64,000 nucleotides of DNA from Squalus acanthias (Eukaryota), in assembly GCA_030390025.1 (NCBI GenBank), contig CM059431.1, positions 125,366,001 to 125,430,000 on the forward strand, in the 5' to 3' direction. The notes below the pieces were generated by a model, which worked only from the letters and a program-made list of their open reading frames with translations, was not told where the DNA came from and searched no databases. This document shows positions 37,471 to 49,771 of this stretch, piece by piece (within the stretch, counting starts at the first letter, position 1; each line of letters begins with the position of its first letter). The translations under genes and the position numbers were made by a program.

Positions 37471-38568
37471 TTAAGCAAATCTGGCAATGATTAGTGCATC
37501 CCTTGCATCTCGGGCAGCAATGTGCTCGCGTGCTGCTGGAACTGGTGCATCCGCCTCTGCAAGGTCTTCCTCCTCCTCCTCTTCCTCCTCATCTGAGGAG
37601 GCTATGCGCTGAGCCACTTGTTCCTCAGGCAGCTGCAAGCAACGATGCTGTGTGGTGCTGAGCAGTGCACAGCAGACCACGACAATTCTGGAGACCCTGG
37701 CTGCTGAATACTGTAGGGCTCCACCTGATCTGTCAAGGCATCTGAATCGCATCTTCAGCAAGCTGATGGTTTGCTCGATGATGGATCTGGTCGAAATGTG
37801 GCTGGCATTGTAGCGCTCCTCAGCTTCGTTCAATGGCCTCCTCAACGGCGTCATCAGCCACGTCTTCAGGGGATAGCTCTTGTCTCCAAGTAGCTAACCG
37901 GAAAGTTGCTTTGGTGGATTGAAGAGCGGAGGCACACTAGACTGCCGCAGGATGAACGAGTCATGGCAACTGCCAGGGTACTTCTGGCAAACATGCAAAA
38001 TGTCCTTCCTGTGGTTACACACCAGCTGCATGTTGAGGGAGTGGAAGCCCTTGCGGTTGACAAAAACAGCTGAGTTGTGATGTGGTGCCTTAAGGGCCAC
38101 ATGTGTGCAGTCTATGACACCCTGCACCCTTGGCAAGCCTGCCATATCTGCAAAGCCAACCACATGCGCGGTTACACTTGCTTGATCCATTGAGAAGTGT
38201 ATGTAGTTGTGCGCCTTGGCAAAGAGGGCATCGGTTACCTGCGTGATGCAAGTGTGTGCGGCCGACTGGGAGATGCCGCTGATGTCTGCTGATGGTCCCT
38301 GGAAGGACCCTGAAGCAAAAAAATTGAGTGTGGTGGTGACTTTGACAGCCAATTGTAAGGGATCTTCACCCGTTCCTCTGGGCTCCAGGCGTTGGTGCAG
38401 CATTACGCAGATGTCAGCGACTACCTCTCGCGAAAGTCTCAGCCTCCTTTGGTACTGCTGTTTTCGTTCCTGTTGTTGCTGCTGCTGTTGTTCCTGGTTC
38501 TGCTGCTGCCGCGGCTGCTCTTCCTCCGAATCTGAGGACCAGGATGAAAGGAAATAAATGGTTCCCAT
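37471..38568 (-). pseudogene. Harbinger DDE transposase (HARBI1-like), disrupted near 37895
   Basis: [42 protein letters not shown] and [16 protein letters not shown]. Confidence 0.93.
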
Positions 38569-40504
38569 GCTGCTGGTAGATATCTCAGTTGAGGAAGTGC
38601 TCAGTCAATGTGGGGAGAGGGTTTTCCCAGGAGGCCACAATGGAGATGGATTTCAGCTTCACCACTTCCAAGATCAGTAGACCTGCAAAAAGGTTTCCAA
38701 GACCTGAAAAAACAAAGTTCTGCCACCTGCAACTGATCCTTGTTGGAAGCTCCATTCTTATGGTGGAGCTGCAGCTGTGAAGAAGGAAGCCACTTGTGAA
38801 CCCGGCACAATTAGTTGGCGTGGTTTGGGAACGACGTGGAACACGCTGAAAATGTGGTAAAATTTAAAAGGGCAGGCAAAATAGGATTACACAGGCAGTT
38901 AACAACCAATTAACTGCCTTAAGGGCCTATCCCGCCGCTTGGTGGCGGGACCAAACGGGAGTCTGCAAGCCCGCCTTTGGCAAAGTTGCACGGAGATGGG
39001 TTGACGGCAGGATCGGAAGCCTCGGCATTTTTAGCCATTTTACCACCTGACCCGCCTCCAAACCCGCCCCTGAGCGCCGGCAAAATCGAGCCCATAGAGT
39101 ATTCCATGTCTGAACAACTTTCCATCCAAAAATAATTTAAAACAACATCTCCCTTCAAAATATCTGTCATGTGTTATGCCCTTTAGTCACTGATTCACTG
39201 AACAGTAGAAAAGCTTCTTTCCTATGTAACTTATCAAAACCCCTCATAATTTCTAATACCAATATCTGATGTCCTCTAAACCTTTTCTGTTCTAGTGAAA
39301 ATAACTTCAGTTTCCTCTTGTATCTAATCATAGCTAAAGCCAGTCACCTCTGGTATCATTTTATTAAATCTCCCAAGGTAGAGTGCTCAAAGCTGGACAT
39401 AATATTCTAACTGTGGCCAAACCAATGATTTGTATAGGTTTAATATGACCTCTTTATTGTAAATGATAATAAGGATGTGGACATGTTGAATAATTAATTT
39501 GCGTCAGTATTTACAGTACAGGAAGAGGATAGCATGCTGGACATTCCAAGGAAACTAATATTGAATCAGGGGCGGGGACTCACTAAATTAACGTAAGCAA
39601 AATAACAGCAATGAAGAAAATAATGACACTAAAGAGTGACAAATCCCCAGGGTTTTAAAGGACGTAGGCGAGAACATTGCAGATGCCCTAACTATAATCT
39701 TCCAAATTTCTCTTGATTTGGGAACTGTTCCTTTACATTGGAAAATTACGCATGTCACTCCACTATTTAAGAAAGGTGGGAGAGAGAAACCATGGAATTA
39801 TAGATCAGTTTGCCTAACATCTGTTGTCGGGAAATTACTAGAGTCTATAATTAAGGCCAGAGTAACTGAACAACTTAAACATTTTCTGCTGATCAGAGAG
39901 AGCCAGCATGGATTTGTAAAAGGTAGGTCATGCCTAACGAACCTGATTGAATTTTTTGAAGAGGTGACTAAAGTAGTGGACAGAGGAATGTCTATGGATG
40001 TTATGTATATGGATTTCCAGAAGGCATCTGATAAAGTCTCTTATAAAGTTGAAGCTCATGGAATTGAAGGCAAATTATTGATGGTTAGGAAATTGGCTGC
40101 GCGGCAGGAGACAGAGAGTAGGAATAATGGGCAGGTACTCTAATTGGCAGGATGTGACCAGTGATGTCCCGCAAGGATCTGTGTTGGGGCCTCAACTATT
40201 CACCGTATTTATTAACGACTTAGATGATGGGATAGAAATCCACATATCCAAGTTTGCCGATGACACAAATATAGGTGGCATTGTAAGCAGTGTAGATGGA
40301 AGCATAAAATTACAAAGAGATATCAATAGATTGAACAAATGAGCAAAACTGTGGCAAATAAATTCAATGTAGGCAAATGTGAGGTCATCGACTTTGGAGC
40401 TATAAAGGATAGAACTGAGTACTTTCTAAATGGTGGAAAGCTAGAAACAGTGGCGGTCCAAAAAGACTTGGGGTCCACATACATAAGATTATTAAAATGT
40501 CATG

Positions 40505-42100
40505 CACCTAACTTCCTTTTCTGGCTCCCATATCAGCTGACATTGTTAACGATTCTCTCTCCTCAGGTATTGTCCCCCTCTCCTTCAAATCTGCCATCAT
40601 CACCCCTCTCCTCAAAAAAAACAACCCTTGACCCCTCCGTCCTTGCAAAGTACTGCTCCATCTCCAATCTCCCTTTCCTCTCCAAAGTCCTTGAATGTGT
40701 TGTTGCCTCCCAAATCCGTGCCCATCTTTCCTGGAACTCCATGCTTGAATCCCTCCAATCAGGTTTCATCCCCTGCCACAGTACCAAAATGGCTCCCATC
40801 AAAGTCAGAAATAACATCCTTTGTGACTATGACAAAGGTAAACTATCCCTCCTCGTCCTTCTCAACTTGTCTGCAGCCTTTGACACGGTTGACCACTCCA
40901 TCCTCCTCCAACGCCTCTCCACCATCGTCCAGCTGGGTGCGACTGCACTCGCCTGGTTCCATTCTTATCTATCTAATCATAGCCAGAGAATCACCTACAA
41001 TGGTTTCTCTTCCCACTCCCACATCATTACCTCTGGTGTCCCCCAAGGATCTATTCTTGGCCCCCTCCTATTTCTCATCGACATGCTGCCCCTTGGCAAC
41101 ATTTTCCAAAAGCACAGCGTCAGGTTCCACATGTATGCTGACGACACCTAGGTCCTACTCACCACCACTTCTCTCGACCCCTCCACAGTCTTTAAATTGT
41201 CAGACTGCTTGTCCGACATCCAATACTGGATGAGCAGAAATCTTCTCCAATTAAATATTGGGAAGACCGAAGCCATTGTCTTCGGTCCCCGCCACAAACT
41301 CCATTCCCTAGCCACCAACTCCATCCCTCTCCCAAGCAACTGTCTGAGGTTGAAACAAACTGTTCGCAACCTTGGTGTCATATTTGATCCTGAAATGAGC
41401 TTCCGCCCACATATCTGCGGCATAACTAAGACCGCCTATTTCCACCTCCATAACATCGCCTGTCTCTGCCCCTGCCTCAGCTCATCTGCGGCTGAAACTC
41501 TCATCCACGCCTTTGTCACCTCTAGATTTGACAATTCCGACACACTCCTGGCTGGCCTCCCATGTTCTATCCTACGTAAATTTGAGGTTATCCAAAACTC
41601 GGCTGCCCATGTCCTAACTCACATTAAGTCCTGTTCACCCATTACCCCTGTGCTCGTTGATCTACATTGGCTCTCGGTTAAGCAATGCCTCAATTTTAAA
41701 ATTCTCATCCTTGTTTTCAAATCCCTCCATGGCCTCGTCCCCTCCCTATCTCTGTAATCTTCTCCAGCCCCACAACCCTCCCTGAGATATCTGCGCTCCT
41801 CTAATTCTGTCCTCTTGAGCATCCCTGATTATAATCGCTCAACCTTTGGTGGCCGTGCCTTCAGCTGCCTAGACCCTAATCTCTGGAATTCCCTCCTTAA
41901 ACCTCTCCGCCTCTCTACCTCTCTTTCCTCCTTTAAGATGCTCCTTAAAACCTACCCGTTTGACCAAGTTTTTGGTCATCTGCCCTAATTTCTCCTTATG
42001 TGGCTCGGTGTCAATTTTTTTGTCTTATAATACTCCTTTAAAGCGCCTTGGAATGTTTTACTATGTTAAAGGCACTATATAAATACAAGTTGTTGTTGTT
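40505..42100 (+). mobile_element. L2 LINE 3' half with complete 3' end
   Basis: LSAAFDTVDH, GVPQGSILGPLLF, YADDT* and LHWLSVKQ, ending in a (gtt)n tail. Confidence 0.93.
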
Positions 42101-42425
42101 GACAGGTACAGAAAATAATCAAATAGGCTACTGGAATGCTGGCCTTTATATCTAGAGGACTAGAATACAAGGGGGTAGAAGTTATGCTGCAGCTATACAA
42201 AACCCTGGTTAGACCACACCTGGAGTACTGTGAGCAGTTCTGGGCACCACACCTCAGAAAGGATATATTGGCCTTGGAGGGAGTGCAGTGTAGATTTACC
42301 AGAATGTTACCTGGACTCCAAGGGTTAAATTACGAGGATAGATTACACAAACTAGGGTTGTATTCCCTGGAATATAGAAGTGTAAGGGGTTATTTGATCA
42401 AAGTTTTCAAGATATTGAGGGGAAC

Positions 42426-44060
42426 TGTAAGGGGTTCGGTTTGGGGTGCTTGTGCGGGGTTAGGCCTTCGTTGCCTAATACTATTGCTTGCTCTGGTCTC
42501 CGGCCAGCCTTGTTGCAATAAGCACCTGTGAGTGGTTCGACCCACTCGCCCTTACGGTTCTAACACTGGACTTAGGTGCGAGAGCAGTAATGCAGAGAAA
42601 AACTCAAATAGACCCGGGTGAATAGTACGAAATGGAAATCTTTATTGCATAACGTCCAAATTCATGAAGTACATGTCATAGGCACAAATTAATGACAGTA
42701 CAAGTATACATACATTCATAAAACTTTGTCTAGGGTAATGAGGAACGCACGGCATATCGTAAAAAGGGGGACACATTATATTTATCCTTAATAAGAACCA
42801 CCCACCCCTATCAATACCTACACTAATCTAGATTTGTAGGATCGAGGAAACATGCTCACCACTCGTGATACTGCGGAGAATTTTAAACGAGGCACTCGGC
42901 TTATTTTGCTGCAACACCTGACTGTCACGTGTTGGAAGGGGTCTCTGTACCCCACTTGTTTATCTTCTCTGCTCCGGCTAGCAGGCTAGGCTCCCCGTTG
43001 TCATGAAGAACTCGACAGTGCTCGGGGCCCGGTTCGAAGAAGAGTCTTCCTGTGTCCGACACCGGTTGCCGGTAGAATTCAAAGAAGAGTCTTTGACCAG
43101 TTCGTGCAGTAACCTATAGAGTTAAAAAATGGTCTATATATTTTCGGGCGCGGTCGGGGTTTACTGACCGCGGCGGCACGTGGATTCTTCTTCTTCTCTT
43201 CTCGTCTCGTCTCATCTCTTCGGGCCTTCGGGTCCAGAACACCGTTTACCGACCCTCGGGATGGTGCACTGGCCTCCGTTGAGGCGGCTCGTTCCAAATT
43301 GAGCTCCACCCAACATAGGAGAATAAAAGTTCAGCCCGCGTCCAGAGTCAGTTCAAACGAACCAGCCCCGGGAGGATCAGAGGAATAAGAGAGTTCAGCA
43401 GCCAGCAGCGAGATAAGAGAGTCAAGAGACCAATGGACATTTGTTCACTATAGTTATAGTGCTGTGTTCCCTTATCTCCCGCTCAAATCTTGATGTTTGT
43501 CCTTTGTGTAATACTGGTGCACAAAACTCCCAGCATGGGGCGATTCTTTCCTTTAATGGGTTTCGGTAGCACCTTAAACTGGCCAACTATCCGTTAATGT
43601 TTTCCCCATTGTCGAACCGGCTAGGAGTCTCCCTGACTGGTTTTGGGGCCTCCTCGAATACTGACTTAATCACCCGAGAATGGCTCTCTCATTGTAGAGC
43701 CGTGGGGAATTTGCGTATTGATGTATCTGGATGGGCCTTCGATTGCCCATTACAATGGTCCTTACTTGTGCATGGAAAATGATTCCAGCACTTATCTCTT
43801 TGCTATTGTGTCGAATGCAGACAGGTTGCATCCTGTCTTTATCAGTGTTTGCTGCGTATTAACCAATCTTATACTGAAATGTTTATTCGAACGCCATTTT
43901 GTCTGCCCACTGAAAATTCTGGAAGCTTCTGCCACGAGGGTGGCCATTTTACAGGCTTCTGTGTCCTGTTTAATCATGACAGCATTTCGTTGAAATAAAA
44001 CTGATGAAACGAATCTGCTTTATCTCGTTATTTCGAATCGCGATAATTGCAAATTTTACA
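42426..44060 (-). mobile_element. Solo LTR, 1635 bp, same family as 25458-27095
   Basis: TGTAA...TTACA termini, 4-bp TSD GAAC. TATA-like box at 43449-43458 and AATAAA at 42641-42646 on the minus strand. Confidence 0.88.
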
Positions 44061-44849
44061 GAACTGATAGGGTAGCTAGAGAGAAACTATTTCCACTGGT
44101 TGGGCAGTCTAGGACTAAGGGGCATAGTCTAAAAATTTGAACCAGGCCTTTCAGGAGTGAAGTTAGGAAACACTTCTACACACAAAGATTGGTAGAAGTT
44201 TGGAACTCTATCCCACAAACAGCAATTGATGCTAGGTCAATTGTTAATTTTAAATCTGAGATTGATAGATTTTTGTTAACCAAAGGTATTAAACGATATG
44301 GGGCAAAGGCAGGTATATGGAGTTAGGTCACAAATCAGCCATGATCTCATTGAATGGCAGAACAGGCTTGAGGGGCTAAATGGTCTACTCCTGTTCCTAT
44401 GTTCCTATGTTCTTATGTTCCTATGTTCCTCTTTGATTTTGTATTCTTATGCCCCTATTTATAAAACTTAGGAATCCATGCACATTTTTTTACAGCTTTT
44501 AAAGATTTGTGTATCTGAACTCCAATATCTCTTTGCTCCTCTACTCCTTTAAAAGTTTAACCATTTAGTGTTATATTTCCTGTCATTCGTTTTTCTAAAA
44601 TGAATCACCTCACAGACACTGCATTAAATTTTATCAGATATCTAACCATGTAGTACTAATCTGTCTATAGCTTCCTGGAGTCACTAATAGTCCTCTTCAC
44701 AGTTAACCACACTCTCTATTTGTGTCATCTGCAAATTTTTAAGTCGTGCCCAATACCCAAATCCAGCTATATATGTGTGTGAGAACCAGCAGGAACAAAA
44801 AGATGTCCACAAAAGAAAATGAGTTAACAAATGACTGAAACACACTTAC

Positions 44850-45025
44850 CTTAAGATTACTGGATCCTATCCATGGTCTTTTTCTTATAGTTATCATTGC
44901 CTAGCAAACCTGAATAGCCATTTTAGGTGATGTGATTTGTGTCTGACATCCTGCATGCCAGAACATTGGAGAATAGTGTGTAAAATGTTCCTGCCTCCAG
45001 ATTAATATTTAAATCAAGCACTTGC
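44850..45025 (-). pseudogene. Dynein relic exon, end of stalk
   Basis: Strong donor AAG|GTAAGT. TLFSNVLA...*NGYSGLLGNDNYKKKTMDRIQ* resembles NLVGDVLLSAAF..YLGPFT..YRQ.L..W. Confidence 0.55.
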
Positions 45026-46090
45026 CTGTTTGCAGTAGGTGTTTCTAACGCTATTGGCCCCCATCGCCCAGAAAGTAGACTGTGACACAAAGTGGATGGA
45101 GTTCCAGTGGAAAAGGATTACCACCCCTTTTCCATTACCAGCTGCCTAATTTACACCAATAGACTGGGTGGCCGGGAGTGAAAAATTCAGGCTTGCATAT
45201 TGATGCTGCATGTGGAAGCTGCACATGCATGCTGTTGTACATGCACATTTCGGGGCAGGAATTCAATTTTGGGCAGTAGCACAGAATGAATTAGCCGCCT
45301 GTTCCTCGAATATCAGGCGGGGCGTATAACCGCCAGCCGATGTGATACCTCTTGTTTTGCGCGATCGCCCAAGGTGAATTTCTAGCCCAGTAAGTTGATA
45401 CTAGCACATTTTTTTAACCCACTTTAAAAATCACTGGATGAGAAAGGAGATTCCAGGGGGAAATAGTGAAACCTACTGAGCTGCTTCCAGGTGCCCACCT
45501 CCTCCTTTTTTGTAACAGGATGTAGCAAAAAAGCAGGAAGTGGGGAGCTGGAAGCAGCCATGCTTTTATACCATTATGAAATTTGCATCTGAACACTACT
45601 AATTTAAAACTCTGTCTTTACTTTTGATTCATGATGGAGATTTTCTTTATTCTGAATGTTCGAAGTTCACTATCTAATGGAAGACAGGAGCTGATATGTT
45701 TCAGTGACTCATCTCCAGTTTCCCTCTATTAACATACTGCCAGATTCAGATTAAGGAATGACATTCTGAATACGATAGATATTCAATACAAATCTAAGGT
45801 TTTAAGTTATCTAAGGATTCATTTCTCCGAGTAGTAGTTAGGACTATCAGCTTCTCAAAACAAATCCCCAAGTCAGTGATTTGGATTAATACTTAAACTA
45901 GAAAACAATTTTCTCTTAGAAGCCTTAGGATGCTTTGAATGAACTCTGTACTGTTCCAAAGGCATCCTGGTGATTGGAAACAGTTCAATGAAAGGATAGG
46001 AGAAAGGGCAACGGGGCTCTTTCTTCTACAACTACTTCTGGAGAAAGTGATGCCTGAGGCCACTGGCACCTGACCAAGAACACAACTCAC

Positions 46091-46428
46091 TGCTATTAGT
46101 ACTGGCAATACCAGTGCCAGCAGCGATGTTCACTCAGCGCTGTCTCCACATGATTTCAGGTCATTATTTGTCATCATCACTGCAATGCAGACCACAGAAT
46201 GAACCAGCTGCAGGTGGTGTTACTTTGATGTTTTTATTTTGCCAAATGACCTTTTCAATATGCTGCAAATACCTTCTATTGAAGTGGGAGAAAGTGCATT
46301 CAGTTCATTACAAGATTTGTGATAAGCCAGTACCAAAGAAGGTAACAGGACTTACATTGCTACTAAAGGCCCAGGTAACAGCTATAGTGGTCTTTGGTAA
46401 GTTTGTGATTGGTAAAAAGGTGTTTCCC
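46091..46428 (-). pseudogene. Dynein relic exon, microtubule-binding domain
   Basis: Acceptor tttctggcag| and donor |gtgagt. ITNLPKTTIAVTWA resembles MKNPP..VKLVMEAV, and NRRYLQHIEKVIWQNKNIKVTPPAAGSFC resembles P..TIKKIRKYI.NP.F....VS.AA.SLC. Tandem TAA TGA stops lie in frame. Confidence 0.55.
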
Positions 46429-46769
46429 CTGCCAGAAAGTTATTTATAATGTGCCAATGCATTTGCCCTTACTTCAATGTACTTTTGCGGCAAGAAATGA
46501 AGGGAGTCTGAGAAGTAGAACTGGAACTAAAATTTGGGGCTTAAATATTTCTGCCAAAACTCACTACTTCCCTGTGAGTTTCATCTCTCAAATGAATATA
46601 TAGCAAAATTTGAATGCTAAAATGGATGTCACACAATGGAGATAATTCATTCCCTAGGCTTATCAGTAACCCTACTTGTGAAACACATAAAGGCTAATAA
46701 CAGCTGTACATCTTGAAAACTTAGCTGAGCAATTTTGCAAATTTTCCCATAGTTGACCTGCAGCTACCT

Positions 46770-46934
46770 CACATTATGCCAGGGCGATGACTGTATACAT
46801 AGTTTAGTGCAGTGTCCCAGGGCTGAAGGAGTGACTGTGGCTCAATAATTGTCAACATATCCTCAGGCAGCAAGAATGCAGAGGGCACTTTTTTTCTTTC
46901 TATCCAGATTGCAAAGTAGTGCTGCTTCAGGGAC
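46770..46934 (-). pseudogene. Dynein relic exon, stalk coiled-coil 1
   Basis: EDMLTIIEPQSLLQPWDTALNYV resembles EEDLAEAEPALEAA.AALNTL. It lies between the AAA4-like and MTBD-like segments. Confidence 0.4.
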
Positions 46935-46937
46935 ATT

Positions 46938-47703
46938 GGCCCAAAAATTCGGCCCTTCCCGCGTGAGTACACAATGTGTACTTACCCGTATTGCTTCCCG
47001 AAGTGCCGGTTTCCTGCATGCACTACGCATGCGCGGGAATCCGGAACTTCCGGTATGGTGAAGGGGGCGGTTCCTAGGTGAACCGCGTGCGCGCTAGAGG
47101 CTGCGCGCACGCAGCACACTTAGTTTTTTTTTTCAGGTTTCTACGCGAGGGTAAGTATTGAAGATACTACGCTAATAAAAAGGAGGCGTAAGACCCCTTT
47201 TGAACAAGGTAAGTGGTTAATTAAGTATAATTTTAAAAAATTTTCAACAGGTTTATCTTTTTTAGACACTTTAAAGAAAGGTAAGTTTATTTTTATAACT
47301 TTTAAAAAGTATTTTAATTTTTTCAAAAATTTAAATTTTTGTTTAAAGTGGTTAATTTATTTAACTATAGTTATTTTATAAATGTGATGGTTTTTAAAAA
47401 AATATTATTTTAAGTTTAGCTGTTCTTTTGAGGCCGATTTCAATTCACAGATTTGACAGGTCTCCTGTCAAATCTATGAATGAAAGATGGTCTGCTGCCA
47501 TTGGCTCTCCATGGCCCACGTGATCCCAGGGGTCGCATCGCACTAACTGCGCCCCTGGAACACGCCAGCACTGCGCACCGGCAGTTGGGAGAGGCCCAGG
47601 ACCCGAAGTTCCCGTGGGCCCAAAACACAACGGCAGACGCGGTAGGTAAGAGCGCGTGCGATCCTTACCCCCGCAGCAAGCCGGACACGTGAATTTCTGG
47701 GCC
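46938..47703. mobile_element. Harbinger-type MITE, inverted homologue of 14583-15341
   Basis: TIRs ggcccaaaaattc / gaatttctgggcc, TSD ATT. Confidence 0.9.
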
Positions 47704-48641
47704 ATTATGAACAACAATAACAATTACTATAGCAGGGTAGCAGCTAACTCAGCAGCTCACCCTGCAATCCTGAGGCTGGAGAAGTAGGAAGGCTGGTTTT
47801 AACATATCTTGCCCATGAAGAGCAGTTCATTAGACCATATCAGCAGCCAACTCTAGACCACTCTTGCTCTCTATAAACATCGATGGAGACACTTCCCGTT
47901 ACCATAGGAGACCAGTTAGATGTTATTGGCTAGATCAAGTAACGATATTAACAATCCTCTTTTCCAGAAGGTAATGCCCTTTGGGGCAAAGAAACGGAAA
48001 TCTTTCTGTTCAAATGAAGTATTGGAATAAATATTGAGGTCTATTTGAATTTTGGGGGACCGACCGGCAGGGCGCACTGATTGGACACCTATTCCAGTGG
48101 TGAAGAGGCCCCCGTCATTTTGAGGCTACAGCCTCCTTTAAATTTGTCAGGTGAGCTGCAGGGTACCAAATAGGCACCCCAATGCAGTTCGCCATATTCA
48201 ACAATGGAAATCGGTCAGAGCTACCCACAGCAAGGTAAGCTGCTTTCGGGGTCAGGGCCACGATTGCGGCGAGTAGGAGTCCCCGGTGGCAGCCGCCCAG
48301 ATAATTTTTTTCACTCTGTGGAGCCCACAAACGTAATTGAACATTTAACTTTATAGGGCCTCTTCTCTTCCATCGAATTCATTGGAGCCTGCACTATACG
48401 GGGGCCAAACAATTCCTACCTAAAATGACTATCGAATCCTACTTATGTCATAGGACCCCTATTTTCATGTTAAAATGTTCCTTGAATTAGGCAGGCACTT
48501 TGGACACCCAGCAGTAGGCCCCTTTTAAAATGGAGTCAGCCGCATCGCCGATGTTAACGGGGTGGTAAGGCTACCGACCCCATTTTGAGGTTGTTACCGC
48601 CCCATTAGTGCCAGGCGAGGGCACTCAAAATCAAACCCATT

Positions 48642-49414
48642 GGGGGAAAAATTCACCTGCTTGCGCCTCCCATTAGCGCCTTAAGAGGGCGCTAATGGGG
48701 CGTAAAGCAGCTAACGCCCGGGCGCAGCGCCGCCCACGCCTCCCGAAAAATTTAGTGGGAGGTTAGCGGCGGCGGCAGCCGGTAGCGCCCTGTGGCGCTG
48801 CGCCGCCGGCGATGACGTCATCGCCGTGCGCAGCGCCCCGCTCACGCCCCGGCCGTGATCTTCAGTCGCGCCCCCTGATTTACCGCCAGACGCTATGTCC
48901 GACGGGTTCAGGGGGGCGTACGTGCGGCCGGGGCGGCGATATTTAAAGGGGAGGTGGCAGGCGGCCATTTTTGTTGCTGGCCGCCTGCCAGCACCTGCCC
49001 CCGTTGCTGTCCCCGGCCCCCGTGAAGCCCCCCCACCGTGAAGTGCCGGCTGCGCCCCAAGAGCCCGGCACTTCTCTTGAGTGCCGGGCTCTTTTGCCGG
49101 CACTCCCGATCCCCGGGGGCCCAGCTGGGCCCCGGTTCGCGCTGCGCAAGGCCCCTCCCCTTTAAGAAGGGGAGGAAGGCCTGCAATACCGCGGCGCGAC
49201 GTGCCGCAGCACGTGGCGCTGCGGCACGTAGCGCCAGGATATTCACTTGCAGCGCCCCAAGAGGGATGCGGGGTGCTTCCAGTTGCGCCCCGCTTCCCTC
49301 TTGGGGCGCAACCACTGAAGTTCCGGCGCGGGGCCGCTAATTTTTTCGGGGCGCTAAAAGTCACGCCCCGGCGAGGTTAGCGCCCCAAATGGGGCGCGAC
49401 TCAATTTTTACCCC
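48642..49414. mobile_element. Young CpG-rich MITE, adjacent to an older MITE at ~48050-48638
   Basis: TIRs gggggaaaaatt / aatttttacccc, TSD ATT, many AGCGCC/GGCGCT motifs. Termini shared with 54585-55480. Confidence 0.88.
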
Positions 49415-49512
49415 ATTGTGTCTGCTGCAGCAAAGAAGTGACGTTCTGTTTAGTAGCACAACATGGTTAAAAATGATGGCACTTGCATGTGTAAACTTGA
49501 ATTTACATCTAC

Positions 49513-49771
49513 TCTTCTTCTGAGGCAGTCCCTCGGAACCAAAGATGACTTGCTTCCACATTAAAAATGAGTTCTCAGGTGATTGATGAGTCCAATGCGG
49601 GACCTACAGTCTCTGTCACAGGCGGGGTGCTTTGGTTGACGTGCGCTCCTTCCGCTGTTTGCGCTTGGCTTCCGCTTGCTCCCGGCTAAGAGACTCGAGG
49701 TATTCGGCGCCTTCCTGGATGCTTCTCCTCCACTTTGTGCGGTCTTGGGCCAGGGATTCCCAGGTGTCGGT
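49513..49771 (-). mobile_element. RTE LINE 3' fragment inserted in a dynein relic exon
   Basis: Homologous to ~1610-1899 with a small internal deletion. (AAG) tail. Confidence 0.9.

Larger units (their letters stand above)
34950..39093. mobile_element. Near full-length PIF/Harbinger transposon (4144 bp) with two convergent genes
   Basis: Perfect 15-bp TIRs gggctcgattttgcc / ggcaaaatcgagccc, TSD ATA, a Myb/SANT gene on + and a transposase on -. Confidence 0.95.
39460..44430 (+). mobile_element. CR1 LINE split by an L2 (~40505-42100) and a solo LTR (42426-44060)
   Basis: PLFKKGG..NYR, QHGFVKGRSCLTNL, VPQGSVLGP, FADDT and LVRPHLEYC. Ends in a (ttcctatg)n tail at ~44395-44430. Confidence 0.92.

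Noticed and set aside
43718..43993. ORFs inside the long LTR as a retroviral accessory gene
   Set aside because: They are short, and the frames are not preserved between the two copies.
25458..44060. A single 18.6-kb provirus bounded by the two long LTRs
   Set aside because: Each LTR has its own TSD and sits in a different LINE. The intervening DNA has no gag/pol/env and contains host relic exons.
45620..45765. Possible additional stalk exon, with similar candidates at ~2165-2240, ~27895-27950 and ~52420-52530
   Set aside because: Splice-like signals or position fit, but there is no convincing motif match by eye.
48711..49380. Overlapping GC-rich ORFs or a CpG-island promoter of a host gene
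   Set aside because: They lie wholly within a TIR- and TSD-bounded MITE. Open frames are expected from the GC content.
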